Shown here: positions 23,716-35,754 of the stretch, piece after piece
Layout: the number at the start of each line of letters is the position of its first letter
Position numbering within the stretch: the stretch's first letter is position 1
DNA from: Folioceros fuciformis
Taxonomy: Eukaryota
Direction of reading: 5' to 3'
Assembly (NCBI GenBank): GCA_049999805.1
Contig: JBNGIO010006382.1
Location: 282,234 to 333,181, forward strand
DNA: 50,948 nt
Notes under the pieces: model-generated
What the model was told of the DNA's origin: nothing
The model's input: only the letters and a program-made list of their open reading frames with translations
Databases searched by the model: none
Made by a program: the position numbers and the translations under genes

Positions 23716-24619
23716 TGCCCGGACCCTCGTCTTGATTCTAACATGATTGCTATTTGGCTATGGCATCATGTGGCAGGTGATATCATCGTCATCCCAGATG
23801 AGGCCCACATTGACGAGGTTGGGATGGTCGATTAGAACTACACACAGGGTGGGGTATAAGTTGCTTGCCCTTTGTACATTCCAATCGTACCACATTCACG
23901 GACACCTAGCTACTGCCCAGTTCCCAGTCCCCGCAGATTGACAACCACGTCGTCACTGTCCAGCTACGAACCCCATCGATTCTGGTGTTTGTTGTACATG
24001 TACAACCCTCGTAGTCAGTATTGGATCCCAGTGAATTGAACCTTGGCAATGTTTTGTTTGAGACATTTCTGTTGCAAGCAATCCGCGGATTGGATTTCAG
24101 CGCAACCTCCACTGTCCACTGCGCTGGGTGCCTTTACCGATGCCTTGACCGATGTGTCAACACACCCACGTGACACCAGGCGAAGTGTCCAGTAGAATGT
24201 TGGCGCGCTGCCCCTGCATTTCGTCATGCACACAGGCCGGGAATCCGGAACCCGAGTTAGGCCAGGTGGTTTTGTAGGGCCTTTTTTCGAGCCCGTCTGC
24301 CGGCGACCTTCCGGTCGAGCTTCCTTCTTGCAGCATCCTGCTCCTTTTTTAATAATTCTTGGCTTTCAAAATCGAGCGAAGCTGCCGCTCGATGACATCT
24401 CCGGATCGCTTGGGCTGGAGCAGAACAAGTGCAATTTCGCCTGCAGGAGTGACGGTTCTTGTTGGCTTTGGTAGGAATTCTGTTTCTGCTCGGGGAGCCT
24501 CACATTTCTTGATCACGGAGGTGCGGAATCCGGCGTTGTTGACGGGAGTCAGAATTGTGCGCTCGGGAAAAGCACGGGGAGAGGAGGAGACGCTGGTGGT
24601 GTAGCATTCGGGAACCAGG

Positions 24620-26882
24620 ATGGTCGGGCACAAGGATGGCAGCGATCCTAACACCTTGGGCCGCCATATTGCACGCCGGCTGGTGGAAGTGGGAGTGAGA
24701 GATTTCTTCAGCGTACCTGGGGACTTTAATCTGGTGCTACTGGACAATCTGATAGCAGATCCGGGCCTGCGTATGATCGGCTGCTGCAACGAGCTTAATG
24801 CCGGCTACGCAGCGGATGGCTACGCCCGGGCTAAGGGAGTTGGCTGCGTGGTGGTCACTTTCACCGTGGGAGGCCTCAGCGTCATCAACGCCATCGCCGG
24901 CGCGTACAGCGAGAACTTGCCGGTGATTTGCATCGTAGGGGGGCCCAACTCTAACGATTTTGGTACCAATCGGATTCTGCACCACACCATCGGCACGGCA
25001 GATTTCTCGCAGGAGCTGCAGTGCTTCCGGCAAGTCACGTGCTACCAGGTGCGCTGCTTTACCGCTTGCGGATTTGACTCAGGCTTGCTGGCAGAAGTTG
25101 GAATTTTTTGTAGATTCCACTTGCTGATCTTGTACTGGTAATGTCTTTTCTCTCAGGCCGTGGTGCAGAGCCTGGACGAGGGACACGAGCTTGTAGACCG
25201 GGCTATCTCGACTGCGATAAATGAAAGCAAGCCAGTTTACATCAGCGTCAGCTGCAATTTAGCGGGGCTGCCTCATGCCACCTTCGTCACGGATCCTGTG
25301 CCTTACGCGCTCACGAAAAGGTGCGGTTGGGACGCTTCTGACTTGGAAAAAGCAAGCGATTGCTGGGTTACACCTGCGGCTTGCCTGCTCATCTGTTTGG
25401 TTGACGCGCAGGACTAGCAACGCGCTGAGCTTACAGGTGGCGACTGATGCCGCGGCAGAGTTCTTGAATGGAGCCGTCAAGCCGGTGCTGGTGGGGGGGC
25501 CAAAATTGCGTGTGGCCAAGGCGGGGAAGGGATTTGAAGAGCTTGCTACTGCTTGCGGTTACCCGGTGGCTGTGATGCCCTCTGCCAAAGGCCAGTTTGA
25601 TGAGGAGCACCCGCATTTTATCGGCACATACTGGGGAGCCGTGAGCTCGCCGTATTGCTTGGAAATTGTGGAATCCGCGGACGCCTACCTATTTGCAGGC
25701 CCAATCTTCAATGACTATAGTTCTGTCGGATACTCCCTGTTGTTCAAGAAGGACAAGGCGATCATTGTCCAACCTGATCGAGTCTTCATTGGAAATGGGC
25801 CCGCATATGGATGCGTTCTTATGAAGGAGTTTCTGCCCTTGCTTGCCCAGAAGCTGAAGAAAAACACCACAGCTTTCGACAACTTCAGGCGCATTTACAT
25901 TCCTCCCGGGGTGCCTGTGTCGGCAGAGAAGGATGGTCCGTTGCGGGTTAATGTTATGTTCAAACATATACAGGTTGGTATTAGACAAAAGCATCTTTGG
26001 CTGTCATATGCGTGCCGCCCACATGAGCTTTATCCCAAGCGTGATGCTTTCCACTTTTGCAGCAAATGCTCACGGGAGACACAGCAGTGATAGCCGAAAC
26101 GGGAGACTCATGGTTCAACTGTCAGAAGCTGAAACTGCCACATGGATGTGGGTGAGTCACATATCCCGCATAACGTGGTTCACATAAAGTACCAGTGGTC
26201 ATGTTGGATTCTAAGCTGCACTGCAGGTATGAGTTCCAAATGCAGTATGGATCAATAGGGTGGTCGGTGGGTGCCACTTTGGGATATGCTCAAGCGGCTA
26301 CGGAGAAGCGAATCATTGCTTGCATTGGAGATGGAAGTTTCCAGGTGTGTTTCCGAATGACTTCGGTCTTCCATTTATGGTGTCCTATATTTTTCAATTA
26401 CTCATGCTTTGGCTTTCATCACGTGCAGGTGACTGCACAGGATGTCTCCACTATGATCCGGTATGGACAGAAAAGCATTATTTTTCTGATTAACAACGGC
26501 GGTTACACGATTGAAGTGGAAATTCACGATGGACCATATAATGTCATAAAAAACTGGGACTACACTGGTCTCGTCAATGCCTTCGTCAATGGGGAAGGCA
26601 AATGCTGGACCACCAAGGTACGATGCTCCCCGACCGTATGGCGCCTGTTGATTGTTGTTGTCTTCTGTTATTGGCAACAACAGTTGTGATAAGAACTTTC
26701 AAAATGGGTGTCAGGTTCAAACCGAGGAGGAACTGGTTGAAGCGATACAGACAGCACATGACAAAGATGATCATTTGTGCTTCATAGAGGTGATTGTGCA
26801 CAAAGATGACACCAGCAAGGAGCTGTTGGAATGGGGATCAAGAGTTTCTTCGGCTAACAGCAGGCCACCAAATCCACAGTAG
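24620..26882 (+). CDS. PDC: Pyruvate decarboxylase (ThDP-dependent)
   Basis: Exons 24620-25048, 25157-25320, 25412-25973, 26063-26151, 26227-26344, 26429-26617 and 26715-26882; motifs [43 protein letters not shown]...NNGGYTIE and C-terminal [10 protein letters not shown]. Confidence 0.96.
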
Positions 26883-27796
26883 TAGCGCCGGGTGGGCTGG
26901 ACATGGTGCGGTCCAGCAAGAGTTCGCTTTATGCCGCGCCTCGAGCCAGGTAATTCTCTCCAGATGAGTTTGTCATCGAAGTACATTCATTTAGACCTTC
27001 TCCGTATTGCAATTTAATTACATTAATACTATTTCGTGTGGAATTGGTCTTACTCCCTCTGTAATCGTTGCAATTTGCAAAAGTGAACGTTGGCCCCGAT
27101 TTTCGTCGCATGCTATTTCCGAGTGACCTCGTTAGTTCTATTACCATTGTCCAAAAAAGTCAAATTCCGGCAGACTGGAAAGACCGTCCACGCGACAGTT
27201 CACCAACAAAGCAGAAACGCGTATGACGTCGGTACGCTTGTATGAGACGGGAAAGATAAAATGGAAGTAAATTACCCTTTGAAGAATGAAACTGGACAGC
27301 CCTCAACGCCGCAAGCATTGAAGGGGCGCCAGAAATTTCTCTCAGAAATTTCAATCAAGAAATTTCTATCAAAATTGAAGTGGCACAAGCAAACCCGGCC
27401 ACAGTTGCTGGGTGCACGCAGGCATATACGAGGATGACAAGAAACCCAACCGTCGTTTGTGAACCAGTCTCAACCTTCTCCAGCTGAATATTTGATCTGA
27501 TTTGCTGTCAGATTATTCTACAAGGACAGTTCCACCGGTGATCAACTTCAGCATGAGCCAAGTCTGCCGTTCACAACTGCATCACAGAGAAAGTCAGTTC
27601 TGTCACTACACTTCCCAAAATGTATACTCGTGCAACACACAAGCTTGGAACACACAGACACACACACGTCACACCCAAACTTGCTGCTATGTCTCTGAAC
27701 TTCTTAAGAATGTTCATTCCCTTCAGGACTGTTTCACCTTTGGTAGAGCAACAACGGGGAGTTATTCCTAAGACAAGCCCCTCACGGTTTCTGGAT

Positions 27797-29073
27797 TCAC
27801 CTAACACCCGCCGAACCATGCGTAGCCCCCAGCAGCTGACAACCAGAGCCAAAAACGTAGCCTTTCAAAAAGGGCAGTCCGGTTACAGAGACAGAGAGTG
27901 GGCATGCGTTGGCAAGCTCCCATGACAACCTGGTGGCCGCCACACACTCACTGCACAGTGAAGCACGATACGGAACGTAAGCGTCACAAATCTTGCTTGC
28001 CAGATGTCAAATGTTAACTTCATCTCAGTCGAAACAAAGATCCCTTAGCCACGGGCAGTCACACAGAGGCACCTGAACACCAGGAGGCATAGACCCCATA
28101 GCTCCCTCCCTTTTCCCAGATGACTGATCCCCTCCGCCTTGTTTACTAACAGACCCCTTGTCGCCCTAACACCGTGAGTAAGGTTGGGGCCGTAAGAAAA
28201 CGAGCGGCACGATAAAACAGGATGAAGTGACAGAAACAGAAAACAGGCCATCGAGACAGATGCTCACCTCAGTCTTCAGGAATCACATCATCGCGGTTGG
28301 AACGCACATCCCACACCACACAAGGCAAGAATAACACTAAAATCAGCAATCGGCGAGGAAACCAAACTAACTTCAACGGCATCAGCCCTACCGCCGCAAC
28401 ATACCTCCCTATACTTGTGCAGGTAGATTTTCAGAGGCTCCACGTAGTCCTCAAACCCTAGTGTGCTCATAGCCCATAGCAGATCATCCCCATTGATGGT
28501 TTTTCTTCTTTCTCGTTGACACTTGTCACTGGCTCTGCCGGAACCGAGTCAAGCTTGCCACACACCTTCTCAAGCGCCCCTCTCCCACCTCCCTCACACC
28601 CTAACTAACACATGCAGCGGCAGAAGCAGCGGCAGCCACCCTAACTAGCGCCCCAAAAAGGATACTCGCTGGTAATGAAACTGATGAACTCGGACACGCA
28701 CTCCTGCACCGTCTCCTTGGCGTCCTTGGCGATCTTGGCGTTGGCAGGCAGCACCCGCTTCATAATCCGACTGACGTTCGCAATGGGAAGGAACCGGTCC
28801 TGCTCTCGCACATTATGGTTCTCCTCGCCGCCGTGGTGATTCCCATAGTCCTCCCCGGAGTCCTGGCTCCCGGCACTGATGTCATCTGCCAGGGCGCCGC
28901 CTGCAGCGGCCCTGTCAGCACAAACTCCCGCCCACACCCAGCCCTTGCACCCAGGCGACACAACACGACAACGTACCTAGCCCGGAAATTGAAGGGTCCA
29001 GGCTGGTCCGGGCCTTCTTCGAGGCCACGCGCATCTCGGGGTCCTCCGGAGCTCCTTCCGGCTTCCTCATCAT
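27797..29073 (-). CDS. NF-YB: Nuclear transcription factor Y subunit B (histone fold)
   Basis: ATG 29073 (MMRKPEG...) splices in phase 1 to [10 protein letters not shown]...[17 protein letters not shown]...[39 protein letters not shown]...YRE|TE|GDKG.... The last exon and stop (placed at 27797) are uncertain. Confidence 0.88.
28268..28273 (-). other. 6-nt micro-exon (ACTGAG, Thr-Glu) of NF-YB
   Basis: Minus-strand context cctgaag|ACTGAG|gtgagc; inclusion restores YRE-TE-GDKG. Confidence 0.75.
28535..28665 (-). other. Probable U12-type GT-AG intron in NF-YB
   Basis: Donor GTATCCTTT is the U12 consensus; branch-like GCTTGAC near the 3' AG; splits the Glu codon of ITSE. Confidence 0.75.
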
Positions 29074-29955
29074 CCTGGCTACGAGGCAGAACCGGCCTCC
29101 CGGGACAGCAAGGGGAAGTAGGCGCGATGGAGTGAAGTGAGGCGAGCCGAGGCGAGGCGAGGCCGGGAGAGGACAAGCGAGAATGGAGGCGCCCAGCAAC
29201 AGGAGTAGAATCAGTTACAAGCAGTGCAAGCGAGCTCTAAGCTGCAGTCCAGAGGCAGCAAGGTGCACGCTGGGTAGCGCGGTAGGCAGGCAGGCAAAGA
29301 GTATTCAGAGTGAGGAAAGAGAGAGATCCTGGCGGGCGGAGGCGGACGCGGACGCGGAAGCAGAGGCTGCAGGCGCCGGCATAGCCATGGATGCTGTGCA
29401 GGGTATGGATGGCGGGGCACGCTCTTCCTCGCCGCCGTTGGATGTGCTCTCCCTTGTACCGCTGCTTTTCAGCCCGGCACAAGCCAATCCACCGTCAACA
29501 GAGTGAAATGGCTCCCTACTAATAACCCCCCTCACCCCTCACCCCTTGCCTCCGCCCAACTTTTTTCACCTCGCCCTTCGTCTCGCCCATTCCCTTCCCT
29601 TCCCCCACCTTCGTCGCCCCTTCCTCCGATTCTCCCTTAGGCCTACTAACAAAGTTAGTTCGGACACTTTGTGGAAAAAGATAAAATATCTTTCCCACAA
29701 CACACAAACTATCCACAAAGTTGACTCACCTCAGAAGGACTAGTTCAAGGAATAATTATCGTGTTCAAAATTAAAGACAACATGCAATACTAGGTTGGGA
29801 AGTCGAAAGGTTTACCTCTCTCAAAGTTGTTGACGTCATCTATTGTTGCCTTGTACACTCTCGTCCTCGCCGTGGCTTTGTACACTTTAGTCCTCTTAAA
29901 AGCACTATAGTAACCATATGTAATATACAAAAAATATATAACATATGACATACTA

Positions 29956-32407
29956 TAGTCAGACCCCTCTAATTGGGACCCTTATAAATAAGAACCCCCT
30001 TTAAATGAAAGTCAGACCCCTCTAATTGGGACCCTTATAAATGAGAACCCCCTTTAAATGGAACGCCCGGGCTTACTCCCTTGAATGTGCTACATACTAA
30101 ATGGAAAACCCCTCTAATTTGTAAATGGGAATATGTCTCCCAAACATTCAATGTAAGTACACCTTTGTAAAAAAGAAAATACATATTAAAAAAAATAATT
30201 GAAGAAATTATCTTATCGAGATTAAATTATGAGTTATTGAGATGATGTCAAGTTAAAGGCTATCGAGATTATATCATAAAACATAGACAGTCGCGAGAGT
30301 AGTTCTGTACACTATGCTTTGTGATCATAAGCATTGTTCCTAGTACATGAGTTGTTTCATTGTACAAGTTGTCTTATGGAGTTGTAAGTTGTGTTATGGT
30401 GTTGTAAGTTATGTTATGGTGTTGGAAGTTGTTGTCTTGCTGTGAGATATTTTGTATGTGTTCCTTACCCATTCTCTTTGACGTGTAGGAACAATGCCGC
30501 CCAAGCTGCCGCGCAAGCATGCTACCCTAACAAAGCAACAAAAGAAAGAGGTTTGCGAATATTATGTCCAATAGTCTTGCACACTTAAGGAGTTGACTAG
30601 ATGGATAACAAAGAAGTTTTCAATAGCAGCTTCTAAAAGTGCATTGTCTAGGATTGTGAAAAACAAAGACAACTGGTTGGACCCTGCCATTGGTCCAACA
30701 ACTAATATGGCAGGAACGAGGGATAGACCAGTCGTATGCCCACAGGTTGACCACGTAGTACACGTTTGGGCTCTTGCAATCCAAGCTCAAGGTGCCATAA
30801 TTTCAGATGACTTGCTTCGTGAGATGGCTTCCAAATTCCACGAGAAGATTTCTAAAGATGAGAGACCAAAAATGACATACCATAGAGGTTGGGTTGCTCA
30901 CTAGAAGGAAAGGTATAATTTTAAATTAGTTGTCAGACATGGAGAGGTAGGGAGTGTTGACAATATAGAAGCAGTGAAGGTAGCTATTAGAGAGCTGCAA
31001 CTTCAAGTTCTTGATTATGGAGCTGCAAATGTTTTTAATATGGATGAGACTGGTCTTTCTTCAGAGCACCGCCAAACAGGACACTTGCAACAATGCGTAT
31101 TGCAGAACGAAAGTAGTTTAAGGACCGGTTGACAATTGGACTGACAACAAATGTTGATGGATCTTGCAAGTTGTCATCTTCTGTGATTAACAGATATCTT
31201 AGGCCTCGTGCTTTCTCTATCAGGAATGTTCAAAATCCCGAGAATTTAAATATTATCTGGTATGTAAACCAAAAGGCATGAATGACAATAGAGTTGTTTG
31301 AGAAGTTTTTGCTAGATTTTGACCAGAGGATGGTTGCATCAGGGCGGACTAGAGTGTTACTTATAGTGGATAATTGTCCAGAGCATCGGTTGTAATGCAA
31401 CTCAATTGCAAGTTACAAAGGTGGTTTTCTTTCCACCTAATGTGACAAGCGTATATCAATCTTTGGACCAGGGGATCATCTGTTCTTTCAAGGCTCAGTA
31501 TTGTAAGTTGATTTCATACCAATGCAACCTGATCATAGACAATGCTTCTACAACTATCGATGTATATCAAGCGGTGGTTATGCTGGTAAAAGCTTAGACT
31601 TCATTAGTTAGTCCTCATACCGTACGCAATTGTTGGAGGCATAGCACTTTGGATGCGGAATTGCGTGCACAAGATGCTCAATTCTGTGAGTCTTTGGATC
31701 TAAACAGCGCACCATATGATCTAGAGAATCCATTGTTGGATCCTCAAAATCACTCTAATTCGTTGAAAACGTAGGTAGAAGAGCTACAACAGTCTATGCG
31801 AAGCTTAGCATTATTAACATCTAAGGATATGACAGGAATTGCTGATGTTGGATATCCAACGATGACAGGTGAAGAGTATCTAAACTTTGAGGAGGATGAA
31901 GGATTGGAGACTACGTATATTCCTACAGAGGACGAAATATGGCAAGCATTAATCCCTTCGCCTGTCAATGAGGAGGGTGAGGAAAATGATACAGCGTCAG
32001 TGGAGACCATAGCGCCAAGACCGCGTACGACAAAGGATGCTGTAGATAATGCTATGAGCATAGCGAAGATGTTTTTGGAAGAGATGCCATATAATGCTTT
32101 GAAGTTGCATTCTCAGTTGGAAAAACATATTGCTAATCATTAGATGAAAGCAACTCGTCATCAATCAAGGATTGATGGTTATTTTAGCCCGGCAAACTAG
32201 AATTAGGTTGGCAGCTATGTAGTATGAGGGAGCATTTTGGATTTTTTGGAAACTTTTAAGCTCTTTCAAATTTTTGATTAAAAGGATTTTTTTATTTTTT
32301 AACTATTTTTATTTTCAAAAAAAAGATGAAAATGCCTAAATGGGAACCCCTCTAAATGGGAGGATTTTTGCTACTCCCAATTGTTCCCAATTAGAGGGGT
32401 CTGGCTG
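29956..32407 (+). mobile_element. pogo/Tigger-like (Tc1/mariner superfamily) DNA transposon, full-length but decayed
   Basis: TIRs (T/C)AG(T/C)CAGACCCCTCTAATTGGGA at 29956 and, inverted, ending at 32407; flanked by TA (29954-55 and 32408-09); internal subterminal CCCCTCTAA(A/T)TGGG-like repeats. Confidence 0.92.
30494..32200 (+). pseudogene. CENP-B/pogo-type DDE_1 transposase pseudogene
   Basis: MPPKLPRKHATLTKQQKKEVCEY, HTH-like region, NVFNMDETGL, KDRLT, KA*MT, LLIVDNCPEH and FFPPNVTSVYQSLDQGII; several in-frame stops and frameshifts. Confidence 0.9.
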
Positions 32408-32874
32408 TACATGCAGTCCAAGTACAGCTATGTTGTGATGTTCATGCGAAGGGATAAGCCTTCTAGTGTGCAGTCAAAGAGGATCCTAGTGTGTCATGAG
32501 CTCTTGTGGAGTGGAGGCTAGAGTAAAGTTCCATTCCATTTTTACTACTAATAATAACGATTGTAAGGTAGAATAGTCATTAACATTCATAAAATGCAAC
32601 ATTTAGATTTCAAACCATGACCCTTATGCAGCCATTAAGCGATAGGTCTTTTGTAAGGTGATGAATACTCTAAAAAAAGACCATATCTCACGACCAACTC
32701 CAGTCTGTCTATTGTCTTATGTCTTGGTGCAAGTTTTAAGAAATTTGCAGGATACCTTGTACATGGCCCTCATGTCTGAGAAACAAAGGGGCATGAAAGT
32801 ATGCCTAACCACATGGGGATGACAACCACAGAGAGTTGAGAATGACATACTAACCATACATACTCGACAGGTGG

Positions 32875-35165
32875 ATGAGGTGGCATAAGCCACCTCTAGC
32901 CTTGTTGTATTCGATGCATATATCAGCTTACCTACTCCCTTTCTGTAAGGTATCTTTGACATGTGATCCTTTTCTGCCTACGTAGAAGAAGACATACTCC
33001 GACTGAGCTTAAGTCCTGTGGGCAGAGGGGTAGAAGTGGACTTTGCATCCTTAAGGCCTAACTGTTCAGCACTATCTATAGTGTAAGGCCTTTCTCTTAG
33101 TGAAACCTAACTTCAGCAACTCCGTATCTAAGGCTGTGTTCCACTTCATAGCTAACTGCTTCATACCATACAAGCATTTAATCAGCCCACAAGCATGATT
33201 CTCTTTTTCTTTTACCTCATAACCTGGAGGCTGCTGCATGCATATGTGAGTGTCAAGTTTCCCATGTAGGAATGTTGTTTTGACATCATACATTTGCAGT
33301 TCATAATCATAGTGTGTGGATATGGCAAGGATTGTTCTGAGGGTGGCAAGCTTGACGATTGGAGCAAAAGTTTCAAGATAATCCAGTCTTGGGACTTGAG
33401 AGAATCCCCTTGCGACCAAGCGAGCCTTGTACCTATCAAAGGTACCATCTGGCTTTACTTTTAATTTGAAAACCCATTTGCACGAAACCAACTTTCTGAC
33501 TGGTGGCAATTCTGCAAGCTCCTATGTGCCATTTTCGATTAAAGAGTCATATTCTGACTGAATAGCTTTCTCCCACTCAATGTGGACAGGTCTACTCAAC
33601 GCCTCTTGATAAGATTGTGGTTCTATAGGATCCAGGGACATGGTCGTATTAACTTCCACATGTGAAGAGGTGACTCTAAAATCAGGTGCACGATAGTAAT
33701 CTGGAGGTTGCCTCTGACGAGATGGGTATCATCGAGATGGGTCTATAGGTTGAGATCCTGTACAGGCTAGGTAGAGACAGGATCAGCATCATCATCATCC
33801 ATCTCCAGTACTGTATTCTGTCCTTCTTCAGGAGCGGGAGTATGTTGTTCATGCAAGACTGGCGGATTTGGATCTTCAAGCACAGGTATGGGGCAGGTTC
33901 AACTACACCTGCCTCGTTAGTATCTACAAAATCAAAATTTGCTATGTCTTCTCCACCTGCAGGAACAATGTTCTCAGGTCGAACATGTTGAGTTCCATGA
34001 TCAGTTTCATCAAAATAGGAATCAATAAAACCTGTTGAGTCTTCATCACTGTTGAGGACAGGATCCTCAAGAGACTCCAATAATGCCCAGGTGTGACTTT
34101 CATCAAAGGTAACACTACGGGCATACACAATCTTGTTCTTACGGACATCATAAAGCTTATAGGCTTTGATTCCTTCTGTGTAACCTAACATGAGAAGTTT
34201 TTTAGCCTTATCTGACAACTTTTTCCTCTTCTCCTTAGGTATGAAGGCATAAGCCACACAACCAAAAGTTTGCAAGTGTTGAACTTATGGTTTGCAACCT
34301 ATGAAGGCCTCATTGGGGGTTTTGCCTACAATAGAAGTTGAGGGTAACCTATTTCTAAGGTATGTTGAAGTCATAATGGCTTCTGCCCAATATGTCAAGG
34401 GAAGCTGAGTAGAATGTAGCAACGAAGATGTCATTTCCTGCAAAGTTAGGTTAAATCGCTCAACAAGTGCATTCTGTTGAGGGGTATAGACAACTGTTAG
34501 TTGTCGATCAATACCTTCAACCACATAGAAAGCTTGAAGTTCATTGGGGGTAAACTCTCCCCCATTATCTGATCTTAGGGTTTTAAGCCGCTTTCCAGTC
34601 CACCTTTCAACATACTTTAGATAATCTCTAAAATGTCTAAAGCATTCACTTTTTTGCTTTAGAATGTAGGTGGTGACAAACCTGGTTTTGTCATCTGTAA
34701 AAGTAAGGAAGTATCTCCCACCACCTATGGATTCCTGTGAAAGTGGGCCACACAAATCTGTGTGCACAAGTTCTAAAACCTCTGAAGCCCTATGAGGTGC
34801 TTTATTCTTAAAAGCAGCTTGATGTCTCTTAGAAAGAACACAGGACTCGCAAAGTGGGAGTGGAGCCAACGTTCCAATTGGTCCATCTTGATAAAGGTCA
34901 CTAACAGCTAACCTCTGTAGTTTTGCTGTGTGAGGGTGACCTAGTCTTGCATGCCATAACTTAGACTTGTCTATTTGCAGTGCAGATACAGTGGTGACAT
35001 CTCAAGTGAAGTGAGAAGTTGGAGCACTACTACTTGTATGAAGACGAAATAAATCATGGTCTTCAGACCCATAGGCAAGTATTTTTCTATGGTCAAATGT
35101 ATCAAGCAGTTGACACTCAGTTCTTGTGAATAGCATGTGACAGTTGTTGTCAGCATTCAACTTTC
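32875..35165 (-). mobile_element. Ty1/copia element A, 3' part (pre-integrase, integrase, partial RT), decayed and 3'-truncated
   Basis: WHARLGHP, CESC, LVHTDLCGP, LRSDNGGEF, WAEA, CKWVFK, YKARLVARGFSQ, DVKTTFLHG and PYRKGVGKLIY; homology ends near 32875. Confidence 0.9.
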
Positions 35166-35394
35166 TATTGAATAGGTGTTGATTCATTAGAGTTTGATAT
35201 TACCTAGATATATGTGGTGTGTATATAGATTTATTTTAGCTTACCCTTTCATTAGGGTTACGCCCCTTATGAAGAGTTATGTCTTTTCATTTTTAGATTA
35301 AGTCTAGCCTTTCTTGGTTATTCAATTAATTCATTCATATAAAAACATATATATATATAATGTAATTGATCTACACCATTTCCATATTTGGTCA
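35166..35394 (+). repeat. 5' LTR of copia element B
   Basis: Near-identical to 42122-42361 and directly followed by the PBS. Confidence 0.95.
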
Positions 35395-35754
35395 TGGTAT
35401 TAGAGCCATGCTAGGCGTAGATTGCATTCATGAGATGCACATTAAATTCTACACATGTAGATGTGCATATATAAATTTTTATATTGTTTCTTGATTAGAA
35501 AATAGCTTCTAATCAGAAATATAGAAAATGTTCAAGAAAATAAATTGTGATTTGCTTTCTTGATTTTTATTTAGAAAATTTTGCTTTTCTAGGGATCACC
35601 CCTAGTGCACCTGCTGTCAAATTGCTGCAAAGCAATTTGATATCAGGTACACTAGAACGACTGCCTAAAGAGGCAAAAATTCTTTATAAAAACATATAGA
35701 AATTACAATATGCTTCTTGAAGCATTTCAAAAACATAAAAATGTTACCATGTGA

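Noticed and set aside
10425-26882. USP, BtaB, PDC and NF-YB as a co-regulated stress or hypoxia gene cluster
   Set aside because: Unrelated pathways, mixed orientation and interspersed housekeeping genes; no shared motif seen.
24620-26882. Short N-terminus of PDC as a sign of recent bacterial transfer
   Set aside because: Six spliceosomal introns and the typical plant C-terminus SRPPNPQ indicate an ordinary plant PDC.
28880-28900. Apparent CUG start of NF-YB (gcc CTG GCA GAT, resembling the usual MAD start)
   Set aside because: An upstream exon with ATG 29073 splices in frame (phase 1) to this exon, so non-AUG initiation is not needed.
32410-32870. Possible 3' LTR of copia A
   Set aside because: No PPT, TG..CA boundaries or matching second copy found; left unassigned.
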